Assembly: GCA_008632985.1 (NCBI GenBank)
Contig: QPGO01000053.1
Location: 124,001 to 188,000 of the forward strand
Source: Psammoneis japonica
Taxonomy: Eukaryota
DNA length: 64,000 bases
Direction: 5' to 3'
Shown: positions 11,587 to 21,237 of the stretch, in pieces
Layout of the letters: every line of letters begins with the position of its first letter
Position numbering within the stretch: position 1 is the stretch's first letter
Translations under genes and position numbers: made by a program
Notes under the pieces: model-generated
Told to the model about the DNA's origin: nothing
Databases searched by the model: none
Seen by the model: the letters and a program-made list of their open reading frames with translations, nothing else

Positions 11587-12624
11587 CGTCGCCCATCTCT
11601 TTCGTGGCAAACTCCGCCTGGAAAGTTTGCGCCTCCCCACCTGTGACAGGATTGCACTGAACCACACTCACGCAACATCCATCATACAACATCTGTCATC
11701 CACAGTCCACACCTCGTTTCTTTGGTGATTTTGAGCTGCAGATCGATTGTTTGTTGGTTTGCCGTGCTGCGCTGCACCTTCGAGCCCCCACACTCGGCTT
11801 CTCCTTTTTGCGGCAAGGCTGGCACAAGCAAAAACTACAAAGCAAATGTGGCGCATCCCACTTTTCATGTTCATGATGGATGCGACTGAACAAGAACGAC
11901 CTCGACGGAATTCCCAACCATCCGGCAATCGTGTTTTTATCATGGCTGTCGTGCTTCTCGCCCCAAACCAAACAGCGCCGTTTGGCCCCGTGCTGTTCGT
12001 CGCGGCACATTGGAAACCATCTGCTTCAACACGTCATCATCAGAAATGCCACAAATGATTGCGCAATTGAACTGTCAGGGTTCTCAGGCCGTCAAATGCC
12101 ACTCTGGGGGAAGTCTCCAGCCAGCTGCTGGCTGAAGAATTTTGTGTAGAAATTGCACTGAAAGAGTCTGTCAATCTGTGCGTTTGGGGGTTTTGGTGAA
12201 CGCTGGACAGACTCGTCTTCTTTTGCATACACGTAAAAATTGTACTTGAAAAACCCCCAACCCGAACCCCATGCAAGACTGACCCAAGAAGCGCGGGAAA
12301 GTTCTTGGCGAACAATCACCGTCGAAAGATAGAGCGAAGATTGAGAATGAAAAGAATGTTATTTGACGGGACTGCTTCGCGAAGGAGATGGCAGTCGAGC
12401 AACACTGACGGATCATTTCATGATAAGAAGCGCCTTTTATTCTTGCCTACTGTACGTTGTTACATTGTGTTCAGTCTCCATCGCACTGTGCGTCTGTGTT
12501 TTGTTGCATCTCCCTCCGCAAGCAACTTACGGTGCCATCTTACCAACCCCCCTCGATTCGTTGTTTTGTTCTTTCGTAGAAACGTGTCAATCCACTCAAA
12601 ACTCGACCATCAAGGAGAAAAACC

Positions 12625-14640
12625 ATGGACAGCAAAACCAGCAAGAGAGCAGAAGGGAAGGGAGAACATGCCCATCAGCATCTCCCAAGCCCGGCTTTAG
12701 AAGAAGAATTTATCCCAGAGTCAAACTCACGCCAAGTTGGTACCTTTTCTATGGAAGATGAAGTTCCACTCACAGAAGTTGGTGCCTATGCTGTGTCAAC
12801 GGAGAGGCATGTATCTGTGCGACGAGATCGTGGTGTCTACCCGGACGAGCAATCGATTTTTGCTCCTGAAACAGTTGTTGACCATGAGGACAGAGAGCGT
12901 GAGCCACCCGCAGAAGAAACGGAAGAGCAACCTCTAGCACTAGATGTGCCAATTGCTGCCGAGGTGGCTCAATCTGATGAATCGTTACAGGCACGAGTAA
13001 ACGCTCTCCAAGAACGAGTGAATCAAATGGAACAGCCCCTCAGACAGCCAAAACCTCCTACGATTCCTGCGCAAGAGGTGCACCCCATGTCCGACGCAAC
13101 AGTTGTGACGATTGATGTGGACGATCCACAGGATGGAGAGTCACTCACAGTGACAAACCACGACGACGACGTTACTAAAAAACGAAGGCGTCTCTTTCTT
13201 GCATTGGTGCTTCTGCTGATGTTACTTGCCGTCTTGGTCGCGGTTGTAGTCGTTCTTGTCACCAAGAACGGTTCAAGTCCGGGTACGGCAGTTCCGACCA
13301 GTCCTGCGGAACAAAATGAAGAAACAACACCTCCTTCATCATCCCCGCCTTCAACAGCTCATCCAGTGACCAGTTCACCAGTAACAAGCCCACCGGTCAC
13401 AACTCCTCCCGTCACAAGTCCACCGGTATCACAGCCTCCTACGCCAGCGGGACCGGCATCATGGAAACCACTTGGACAAGAGTTGATTGGAGCAGGTGTG
13501 GCCGACTTTGTTGGTCATGCTGTCTCCTTGTCCCGAGATGGGCGTGTTCTTGTAGTTGGTGCTCCAGAACCCGGTGAATCAGCTGGCCGTGTTAACGTTT
13601 ATCGATTGGACGAGGCTACTCAAACTTGGGTTGGCATGGGCGAAGCAATCAGGGGCAAGAGCAACAACTACCGCTTTGGCTGGTCCGTGACGTCCAACGG
13701 AGACGGGAACGTAGTCGCAGTCGGTGCCATTCCTCGTTTTGCGTTCTTAGAGGAGCTCGCTGGCTACGTTAGTGTGTACGAGTTTGACGACTCTGCTTCA
13801 AGCTGGGCTCAAATTGGCTCTGATATTAATGGGATCGATGATGGAGAAGGCTTTGGAGAATCTGTTTCTCTGTCAGACGCTGGAGATATTCTCGCAGTTG
13901 GAGCAGTTTTGGTTGATGTCGTCACTACTCAAGGACTGGTGCGACTGTACAACCGCGATACCATCCCACCGTGGCAGCAAATGGGACAGACGCTCTTTGG
14001 CGACGACATTGAGGATAAGTTTGGCCATTCGGTGACTCTGAGTAAAGCTGGTACGATTGTCGCTATTGGTGCCTATGATTATGGAGATGACTTTGAAGGA
14101 AAGGTTTCGGCATATCAGTACCAATATGACACCACCTCGTGGGTCCCACTTGGCGACCCGTTACGCGGAAATGCAGACGGTGAACGCTTTGGGTTCTCTC
14201 TCGATCTTGACGACAGCGGCTCTGCCATGGCTGTAGGAGCCAGATGGGGCAAGGCAGATCGTAAGGGCAGCGTTTCTGTCTTCGACTATGACTCCCTACA
14301 GTTCGAGTGGAATAGGCGCGGTCAAATTCTCCACGGTAAGGCTGATTATGACTTGTTTGGTTGGTCTGTTTCCATTAGCTCTGATGGCAACCTGGTTGCC
14401 GGAGGCGCCCGGTTCAACGACGACAACGGAAACAACACCGGCCAGGTCCGGATCTTTGAGTACGACTCAAGCAGTGACTCTTGGGATCAGTTGGGATCAG
14501 ATCTGAATGGCGATGATCCTCACGAAGAGTACGGCAAATCTGTTTCTTTGGGTGGCACCTCGACAAAGCCAGTGATTGCATGCGGCGGCCCATACTATAA
14601 CAATCGCAGAGGACATGCCGAAGTGTTCGCCTTTCATTGA
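12625..14640 (+). CDS. Single-pass membrane protein with Pro/Thr stalk and FG-GAP (integrin-alpha-like) beta-propeller
   Basis: 671-aa ORF; TM segment LFLALVLLLMLLAVLVAVVVVLV; about seven FGxSVSLSxDGxxxAVGA repeats. Confidence 0.88.
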   Translation: MDSKTSKRAEGKGEHAHQHLPSPALEEEFIPESNSRQVGTFSMEDEVPLTEVGAYAVSTERHVSVRRDRGVYPDEQSIFAPETVVDHEDREREPPAEETEEQPLALDVPIAAEVAQSDESLQARVNALQERVNQMEQPLRQPKPPTIPAQEVHPMSDATVVTIDVDDPQDGESLTVTNHDDDVTKKRRRLFLALVLLLMLLAVLVAVVVVLVTKNGSSPGTAVPTSPAEQNEETTPPSSSPPSTAHPVTSSPVTSPPVTTPPVTSPPVSQPPTPAGPASWKPLGQELIGAGVADFVGHAVSLSRDGRVLVVGAPEPGESAGRVNVYRLDEATQTWVGMGEAIRGKSNNYRFGWSVTSNGDGNVVAVGAIPRFAFLEELAGYVSVYEFDDSASSWAQIGSDINGIDDGEGFGESVSLSDAGDILAVGAVLVDVVTTQGLVRLYNRDTIPPWQQMGQTLFGDDIEDKFGHSVTLSKAGTIVAIGAYDYGDDFEGKVSAYQYQYDTTSWVPLGDPLRGNADGERFGFSLDLDDSGSAMAVGARWGKADRKGSVSVFDYDSLQFEWNRRGQILHGKADYDLFGWSVSISSDGNLVAGGARFNDDNGNNTGQVRIFEYDSSSDSWDQLGSDLNGDDPHEEYGKSVSLGGTSTKPVIACGGPYYNNRRGHAEVFAFH

Positions 14641-14812
14641 AGTGAGCGGTGGATGTAGATTCATGATAAATTTTTTACTGTACCTTTTGCACAACGTTGA
14701 GCGGGGACAGAAACATCCGAATATGATGACCTTGCGTACCTTCCCAAGAGAGCTTTGACTTTGCTGAACATCAATCACAATCCATATCGTATAAGTGGTA
14801 AACATTGGATTT

Positions 14813-16186
14813 TCATGTTGAACGTGTTTTTGTCCACGGCCAGACCACCTTTTGATTTGATCCTCGTTTATCTCGAACAGTAATATGCGTTGAGTGTATT
14901 TCTACGGACGTCAGCTGCTTCTTTTCCAGGTAGCGCACAGCTTTGCTTGCCTCCCAGTCGCTGTCCATGAGGGTTAATAGCGTAAGCTTGTGGATGGTGG
15001 TCACGTCACTATTGTCTCGCGCTTGCGCGAGTCCAGTAAAGGTCCATTCCAATCGAGTTTGTAGACGATCTTCTCCACAAATCAATGAAAACACTTTAGA
15101 CTTGCCTCGGGGTGGTACCCACCAAGGAGCGTCAAGTCTCAAATTGACTTGCGAACCGCCCAAAGTTCGTCCGGGCATTACCGGAGTGCAGAGTGAGTCA
15201 CCTATCGAAACTAAAAGCTCTGTGTGACTGCCGACTAAGGTTGCGATTATGATTCCAATGGCAGCAAAAGCCAATAATCCAATGGTTGCTCCAGACAAGC
15301 TCGGTTTTGTTGAATTCGGCGGTCTTTCCTTGGAAATATCCACTTGAGTTTTATGATCAGTCATTGGTTGCAGTGACTTAGCGTTTTCGCCTACAGCTTT
15401 TTCAGAAACACTGGTTGACTTCTGATCTGGGGACTTTGGTTCATCCTTGTCCTTTGCAACCGGTGACGGGATAGGCTTTGCTGCTGGCGAGGAAGATGAT
15501 GTGGAGCTCTTTTTTCCTCGGAACCATATCTTTGAGGTTGGTTGTTTCGACGGACTGGGACCAATCTCAGCCTTCTCATGGGCTGTTTCTACTTTCGTTT
15601 TAGAGACTGGCATTGTGTGTACCTTCCCGATTTCCTCGAACGTGATTTCCTCTTCTGCCGGTTCTTTCTTTCCCGACGCTCCTTCTTTGCTAGGAGGAGT
15701 ATGCGGGGCGGCACTCTTGTTTTCCTTTGCATCGGCCGTCACTGTTCCCTGTATAGTCGAAGGCGATTGTTCTGCAGGCGCTGCATGAAACAGATTCTTC
15801 ACACTTTCCACACTGCCCGACAGAGCTTCTGTTCGTGCTTGACGTGCCTCTTCAAATTGCTTTTCGAATTCACGAACCACTCGAGCCTCGTCGCACCGAA
15901 AAAAGTACCGTTGCCAAAAGTCTTCAAAAGACACTTGTGCCGGAACAAGTTTCTTGTAGTACATTCCAACAGTGTTGGGATGTTGCTCAAGAATGATATT
16001 CAGTTCTGGCCTTCGCTTGTAGATGGTCTTGTAGAAATCAAACAGAAACTGCTTCACGTCGTCCATCTCTTCTTGACTCTTTTTCGACCCATCTTTTTGC
16101 AACAGCGGTTCCGTATATGTTTTTTCTTGATTTCTCCGCCTAGCCACCTCCAAGGACGCTTTCTTTTGACGAAAACTAGCCAACAT
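14813..16186 (-). CDS. BSD-domain protein with a TM helix
   Basis: 457-aa ORF; LVPAQVSFEDFWQRYFF is a BSD signature; TM IGLLAFAAIGIIIATLV. Confidence 0.75.
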   Translation of the reverse strand: MLASFRQKKASLEVARRRNQEKTYTEPLLQKDGSKKSQEEMDDVKQFLFDFYKTIYKRRPELNIILEQHPNTVGMYYKKLVPAQVSFEDFWQRYFFRCDEARVVREFEKQFEEARQARTEALSGSVESVKNLFHAAPAEQSPSTIQGTVTADAKENKSAAPHTPPSKEGASGKKEPAEEEITFEEIGKVHTMPVSKTKVETAHEKAEIGPSPSKQPTSKIWFRGKKSSTSSSSPAAKPIPSPVAKDKDEPKSPDQKSTSVSEKAVGENAKSLQPMTDHKTQVDISKERPPNSTKPSLSGATIGLLAFAAIGIIIATLVGSHTELLVSIGDSLCTPVMPGRTLGGSQVNLRLDAPWWVPPRGKSKVFSLICGEDRLQTRLEWTFTGLAQARDNSDVTTIHKLTLLTLMDSDWEASKAVRYLEKKQLTSVEIHSTHITVRDKRGSNQKVVWPWTKTRST

Positions 16187-16369
16187 GGTGTCTGTTGTTG
16201 TGATATGGTATATACCAAAGGGCGTGGGATGTCAAGTCAATAACTTGCGGCACACCCAACACAAAATCTCCATCCGACGGCGCGCTTCAACTTCCAAACT
16301 TCAACTTCGCGCGCGTCCGTCGTACGCATTTTCGAAAAAATGTGAAATCAGAAACCGCCGCATTCGACC

Positions 16370-17299
16370 ATGGCGATGGGCTTTCATACACCACGACGGA
16401 CAACGACAATCTCAAAAGCAACATGCCTCATACTACTGATACTTCCATACTTGGTGGTGTCTTCGTCGTTGAATTATAACGCTTACCACTACGACATGAC
16501 GACACCCATGTTCACACCTGACGGGCGCCTCTTGCAGGTGGAGTATGCTTCGTTAGCATCCACACATTCGTCACCGCTCTTGGTGTTTCCAATTAGATCA
16601 TCCTCATCAGCGGAACCTTACGCCACTATACTGATGGTTTGCAACAAGCGACACGGCCAAGACCGATTGGTGGAATTGGGCGAATCATCATCTCGTGGTA
16701 GTGCCGTTGTTGTAGGCATGAGCGGTGTGTTATCCGACTCTGTAGCGTTGCTGCAAAAGGTATTGGAGGACCAGGAGCGACGATTTCGCATGTATGGAGG
16801 GGATGACACGTCGATCACGGTTCAGGACGTTGCTACAGCTATTGGTAACGCGTGCCAACTACATGCTTTTGGTGGTGGGATTCGGCCTTATGGTAGTATC
16901 ATGCTGGTTTGTGGCCTTGAACAAAAGTCAAAGCTAGCTGTTTCCATTACAGACCCATCCGGTGCCGTTCGTTCTCTTGAAAACAGCGATAAGAAGGACA
17001 TGGTGTTTGTGGGCGGAAATAGGTCGATACAGGATCGGATAAAGCGAGAGATTGAGAAGAGAATGTTGGCTAAAGGAAGAGGAGAAGGCGAGCAAATGCA
17101 TTCTAAGCTACAGAACGCTCTAAGGGCAGCAGCGAGCGCATTGCTAAAAGAGCGGGCTGACGCAATAAAGTCACAAAAAGTGAAAGGCGGCTCGCCCGAT
17201 TCCGATGACACTGACTCTAGCGGTATAGAGGATGCGTGGTTGGAAGTTGTTGTTCTATCACCAGAGCATGGTTCATATAGACTTACGGATTCACAGTGA
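16370..17299 (+). CDS. Divergent 20S proteasome alpha-subunit-like protein with N-terminal signal peptide
   Basis: YDMTTPMFTPDGRLLQVEYA, SGVLSD, GGIRPYG and TDPSG motifs; hydrophobic leader CLILLILPYLVVSS. The C-terminus may extend to 17340 if one base is missing. Confidence 0.85.
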   Translation: MAMGFHTPRRTTTISKATCLILLILPYLVVSSSLNYNAYHYDMTTPMFTPDGRLLQVEYASLASTHSSPLLVFPIRSSSSAEPYATILMVCNKRHGQDRLVELGESSSRGSAVVVGMSGVLSDSVALLQKVLEDQERRFRMYGGDDTSITVQDVATAIGNACQLHAFGGGIRPYGSIMLVCGLEQKSKLAVSITDPSGAVRSLENSDKKDMVFVGGNRSIQDRIKREIEKRMLAKGRGEGEQMHSKLQNALRAAASALLKERADAIKSQKVKGGSPDSDDTDSSGIEDAWLEVVVLSPEHGSYRLTDSQ

Positions 17300-17419
17300 A
17301 GGCTCTCATCAGGGAGACTTTGGACACGGCAGCTCAGTAAGGACACGATAGCTAGCTACTTGTTAATATGACAATTTCTTTCGTGAATACTGTGGAGCTG
17401 ATTGCATATTATTTGGAAC

Positions 17420-20028
17420 CTATGTTTGTTCTTTGCTCGGGGCACCACCTTCTGGTCTCATTTCTGTAGGACGAGGATTCTCCTTGATGGCTGCGCTGTC
17501 TTCTTCCTCTGCCACACTGCCTCGTGTCCTTGCTCTCGCCATTCGGTCTCTCATTCGATCATAGCGAGCTTGATCCTTTTTCGACACGGACGGCATGACA
17601 TGATCAAAAGCGTATGCAAAGTGACGAGCTGAAATGTGCAACGTAGCCTCGCTGCTGCATTCTCCGAGATGCGATTCCTTGAGAACCGCCAATCCAGCCT
17701 CTCGCAGCAACGCTGCACAATCCGCCCCGCTGTATCCCTCGGCTCGAGCGCTACGACCGATATCATCCAAGTGCACATCCGGACCAAGCTTGACTTTGGT
17801 AGCCAGTGCCTTGAGAATCGCCACGCGGTCGTCAGCGCTGGGTACTGGAACATAGAGCAGCTTGTCGAGACGCCCGGGTCTCATCATGGCTGGATCAATC
17901 AATTCTGGTCGATTGGTGGCCGCAATCACAAAAACACTGCGACGACTGTCTAGTCCATCCATTTCCGTCAAGAGCTGATTCACCACTCGTTCACTGACAC
18001 CCCCACCGCCACTATCGCTGCCGCGTTTGGGACAAAGAGAATCCAATTCATCAAAAAAGACAATGCACGGACTCGAGGATCGGGCGCGCTCAAAGACAAC
18101 ACGGACAGCGCGCTCACTCTCGCCCACGTACTTGTCCAGCAGCTCGGGTCCCTTGACACTGATAAAGTTGGCACCACTTTCATTGGCAATCGCCTTGGCC
18201 AAGAGCTCTTTCCACAACCGGGTGGTCCGTACAACATGACACCGGCAGGCAGGGGCAAACCAAGCGCTTGAAACTTTTCGGGATTTTGAATGGGTTCCAA
18301 GACACTGAGTGACAGTTCTTGTCGAACCGCGGCAAGGGCGCCAATGTCATCCCACGTAACATCGGGCACGGTAGCAAATCCCTCGCGCTTGCTGGAAGGC
18401 TGTACAAGAGGAACAGCGTTCAAAAAGTCAGTCATTGTTACGTAGAGAGGATCCATCTGTGCGGGTGTCAGTGGAGTTATGGATGCAATGTCGGTCGGAG
18501 GAGCTTGAACGGATTGTCCGTCTTTTGTTTCCTGAATTTCGGTCGACTTTGCCTCGTTGGAGTTGTCGGGTGAAGAATCAGCAACAATTCCATTGGTCGC
18601 TGGCATTATGTCTACACGATTCGTCAAGACATTTTCAAAGATTCGATTAATCGCCAACACTGCTGCTTCCTTTGTCAGACTCTTCATATCGGCTCCGACA
18701 AAGCCCGGCGTCTTTTTGGCAAGCAGTTTGAAATCAACTCCAGGCGCCAGTCTCATTTGCGTCGTCATTGTCTGAAGAATGGATTCTCGTGCGTCTTGAT
18801 CCGGAATACCGAGCAAAATTTCCTTATCAAATCGGCCGGCTCGTCGCAATGCTGGATCCATGGCATCGGGTCGGTTGGTGGCACCCAGCACCATGACGGG
18901 AGCATGGTTGCGGTTGTACTGTGGATCAATTGAATCCAGGCATGTTAACAATTGCGCCACCATGCGTTTCTCCATTCCCCTCGAAGCGTCGCCACCCCGT
19001 TTGGGTGCAATGGCGTCCAACTCATCCATGAAAATGAGCGCGGGTGCCGTGTCGGATGCGGCACGAAACAAGTCTCGAATCCGGCTTTCTGACTCTCCAG
19101 ACATGCTCGACACCAATTCGGGTGCCGAGACACAAAAGTACGGCAGATTCAATTGTCCTGCAATGGCATTGGCCAAATGAGTCTTGCCACATCCCGGTGG
19201 TCCTCGCAACAAGACACCTCGAGGAGGATCAATTCCAAGGTGCTGGTACAATTCTGGCCGAACAAGCGGATATTCAATCAATTGTCGAATTTGCGTCAGT
19301 ATATCCGTCAGTCCACCTAAATCGGCATAGCGCTCCTTGGGACGTGGTACAGGCACTGCATGACTGCTTTCACTGGAAGGCATAGGTGTCAGTCCATTCT
19401 GACTTGTTGATCGACCACCTAATCCTGATTTCTTTCGTTTTAGCTTTCTCGATATTCTTTGTTCAGAAGCTTCTTTTTCTTGCTTTGCTTTCACATCTTG
19501 TTTGTATTTATCCCGCAAACCTGCATTCAGCATGCTTCCACTACTTTGACTATCAATCAGTTCTTGCCTGACGGCATCATGTTCTTGTGCTTCTTGTTCA
19601 AACGCAGCCTCCTCTTGATCCATCGCTTCTTCCTCTTGAAGAGCTCGTTTGGACGACAAGAGTTGCGGCGGCTTTGCTTGCGGAGATTTTGTTGTTGAAG
19701 CAGATGTAATTACAACCAACGCTCGTTGTACATTCCGTTTCAACCACGCTGGATCTTTTCGTTGGTATTCTCGATGCTGTGTCTTTAAACAATTCACCAC
19801 ATAATCGACCGACGGCGGAGGTTCTTGGTCTACTACAACGAGTCCCAACTTTCGTACCAAGTGCAGCAATTTTGAATCCACTTGTGATGGTGGCGGTACC
19901 GGCGAAGAAGAACGTGACGTTGACGTCTTGGGAGGAGGACTGTGAATAAAGCCAGATGGGCGTTTCTTTGCCATGGTGGTGGTTGCTGTTGTCATTTCTC
20001 GCTTGCGTTTATTATTCTGGATGGCCAT
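17420..20028 (-). CDS. NVL: Nuclear VCP-like (NVL2/Rix7) double AAA+ ATPase, ribosome biogenesis; 1-nt frameshift near 18205
   Basis: Two AAA modules (GPPGCGKT/DELD, twice); N-terminal REYQRK motif; VQPSSKREGFATVPDVTW; SVKGPELLDKYVGESE. Confidence 0.9.
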
Positions 20029-20298
20029 TTTCTTTTGCAGATTTTCATGTCGCCGATTTTTTGAGTGGTGGCCAGAAGAATCATCGGACTGAATGGTGTG
20101 CGGACGGACCTCTGCAGGATCGTATGAGTCTTTCTCGTATGTAGAACGCTACGTTGACACCTACTGCCACGTAAATTTCAACTTCTACACATTTTTCAGT
20201 ACAGTTCCACGTACCCGTAGAAGACATACTGAACGTGCTGTCAACGCGAACGGATCGCAAAATTTTTTAGATTGCGAAGAACAGATTGAAGATTGACC

Positions 20299-20783
20299 AT
20301 GACACGCTTAGTACGGCTGCGTTGCTTGTTCCTTGTTTCGTCAACGCTAGTGTTTGGTGAAGCATGGGTTCAGAATACAAGTCCTAAACGATATTCTACG
20401 AGATTGAGACAATCCATGCACGACAACAGCGATGAGGAAGCTCTCAGAGTTGCGCGTTTTCGGCAACTCTTGGAAAACACCTTTGTCGTCGTTGAAGAAG
20501 AAGAGGATGAGTTTGATGATTATTTGTTGAATGACTTGGAGTATTGTCTAAACGAAGAAGATTGTGAGGTGAGACGGTCGGCAGTGTATTTCAATCACGG
20601 TCTGTATGAATCGCAGTACGCGGAACTAACACGATCGCCTCAAAACTTACTTGCTTCCAGCAGCAATGTGAGATTCCTGAAGAATTCAAGGTACTGCCTA
20701 GTGTTGCGTCTTCGGCCGATATCATGGCATTCCTCGGTATTCAGCGAGCGGAACCTTTGCGAGTTCACAGAGATTGGGAGTGA
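20299..20783 (+). CDS. Small probable plastid-targeted protein, 2 exons (20299-20568, 20661-20783)
   Basis: Signal peptide ending GEA-W; GT-AG intron 20569-20660 restores ...EDCE-QQCEIPEEFK...AFLGIQRAEPL. Confidence 0.6.
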
Positions 20784-21237
20784 CTGCTCGAAAATTGGAG
20801 ACTTTGCAGAACACAAATCAATGAGAACCCTTACTTGCCGAGCTAGCATACCGGTAGAAGCGCGCAACACACAAAAAGAGCCATATATTAGAGAAAACTA
20901 GCGTTATGAAGAGACAGACACAAAGGATAGAGACGAATGCGAGAATACCCGTAGATCGGGGGGAGATGAAGAAATCCGTATCAGGATGGATAGCACACGA
21001 AGCCAGACGAGCCCATGACTCAATTTTCACGACCAAACCGGAACACAGGAGACAAAGGTTGAGATAGCAGTAATAGAAATTTAAAGATGAAAGTCAATTG
21101 GTCTTAATTTTATTGATTCGTTTACTTGTCACCTTATTTGCCATATAACTCCCTACCGTAGTGTACTTTAAGGACTGCATCCTAGTTGCAATCTCTAGCT
21201 AGCTAGCTTCGTTGGATCTTCCTCGCAGGACCAACTA

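Larger units (their letters stand above)
4729..12285 (-). mobile_element. PIF/Harbinger element hosting the nested insertions (outer boundary approximate)
   Basis: Harbinger nuclease remnant at 10171-11586 whose last codons (HQQFA*) resume at 4922-4905 across the MITE. A convergent ORF remnant (AERLELEQA*RQLRDKFPE...) lies at 4729-4900. Candidate terminus GGGTCAGTCTTGC at 12285 is unverified. Confidence 0.55.

Noticed and set aside
1..12150. Dense overlapping ORFs in all six frames
   Set aside because: A by-product of losing TAA/TAG stops (and TTA/CTA on the other strand) through TA depletion; only the transposase frames carry motifs.
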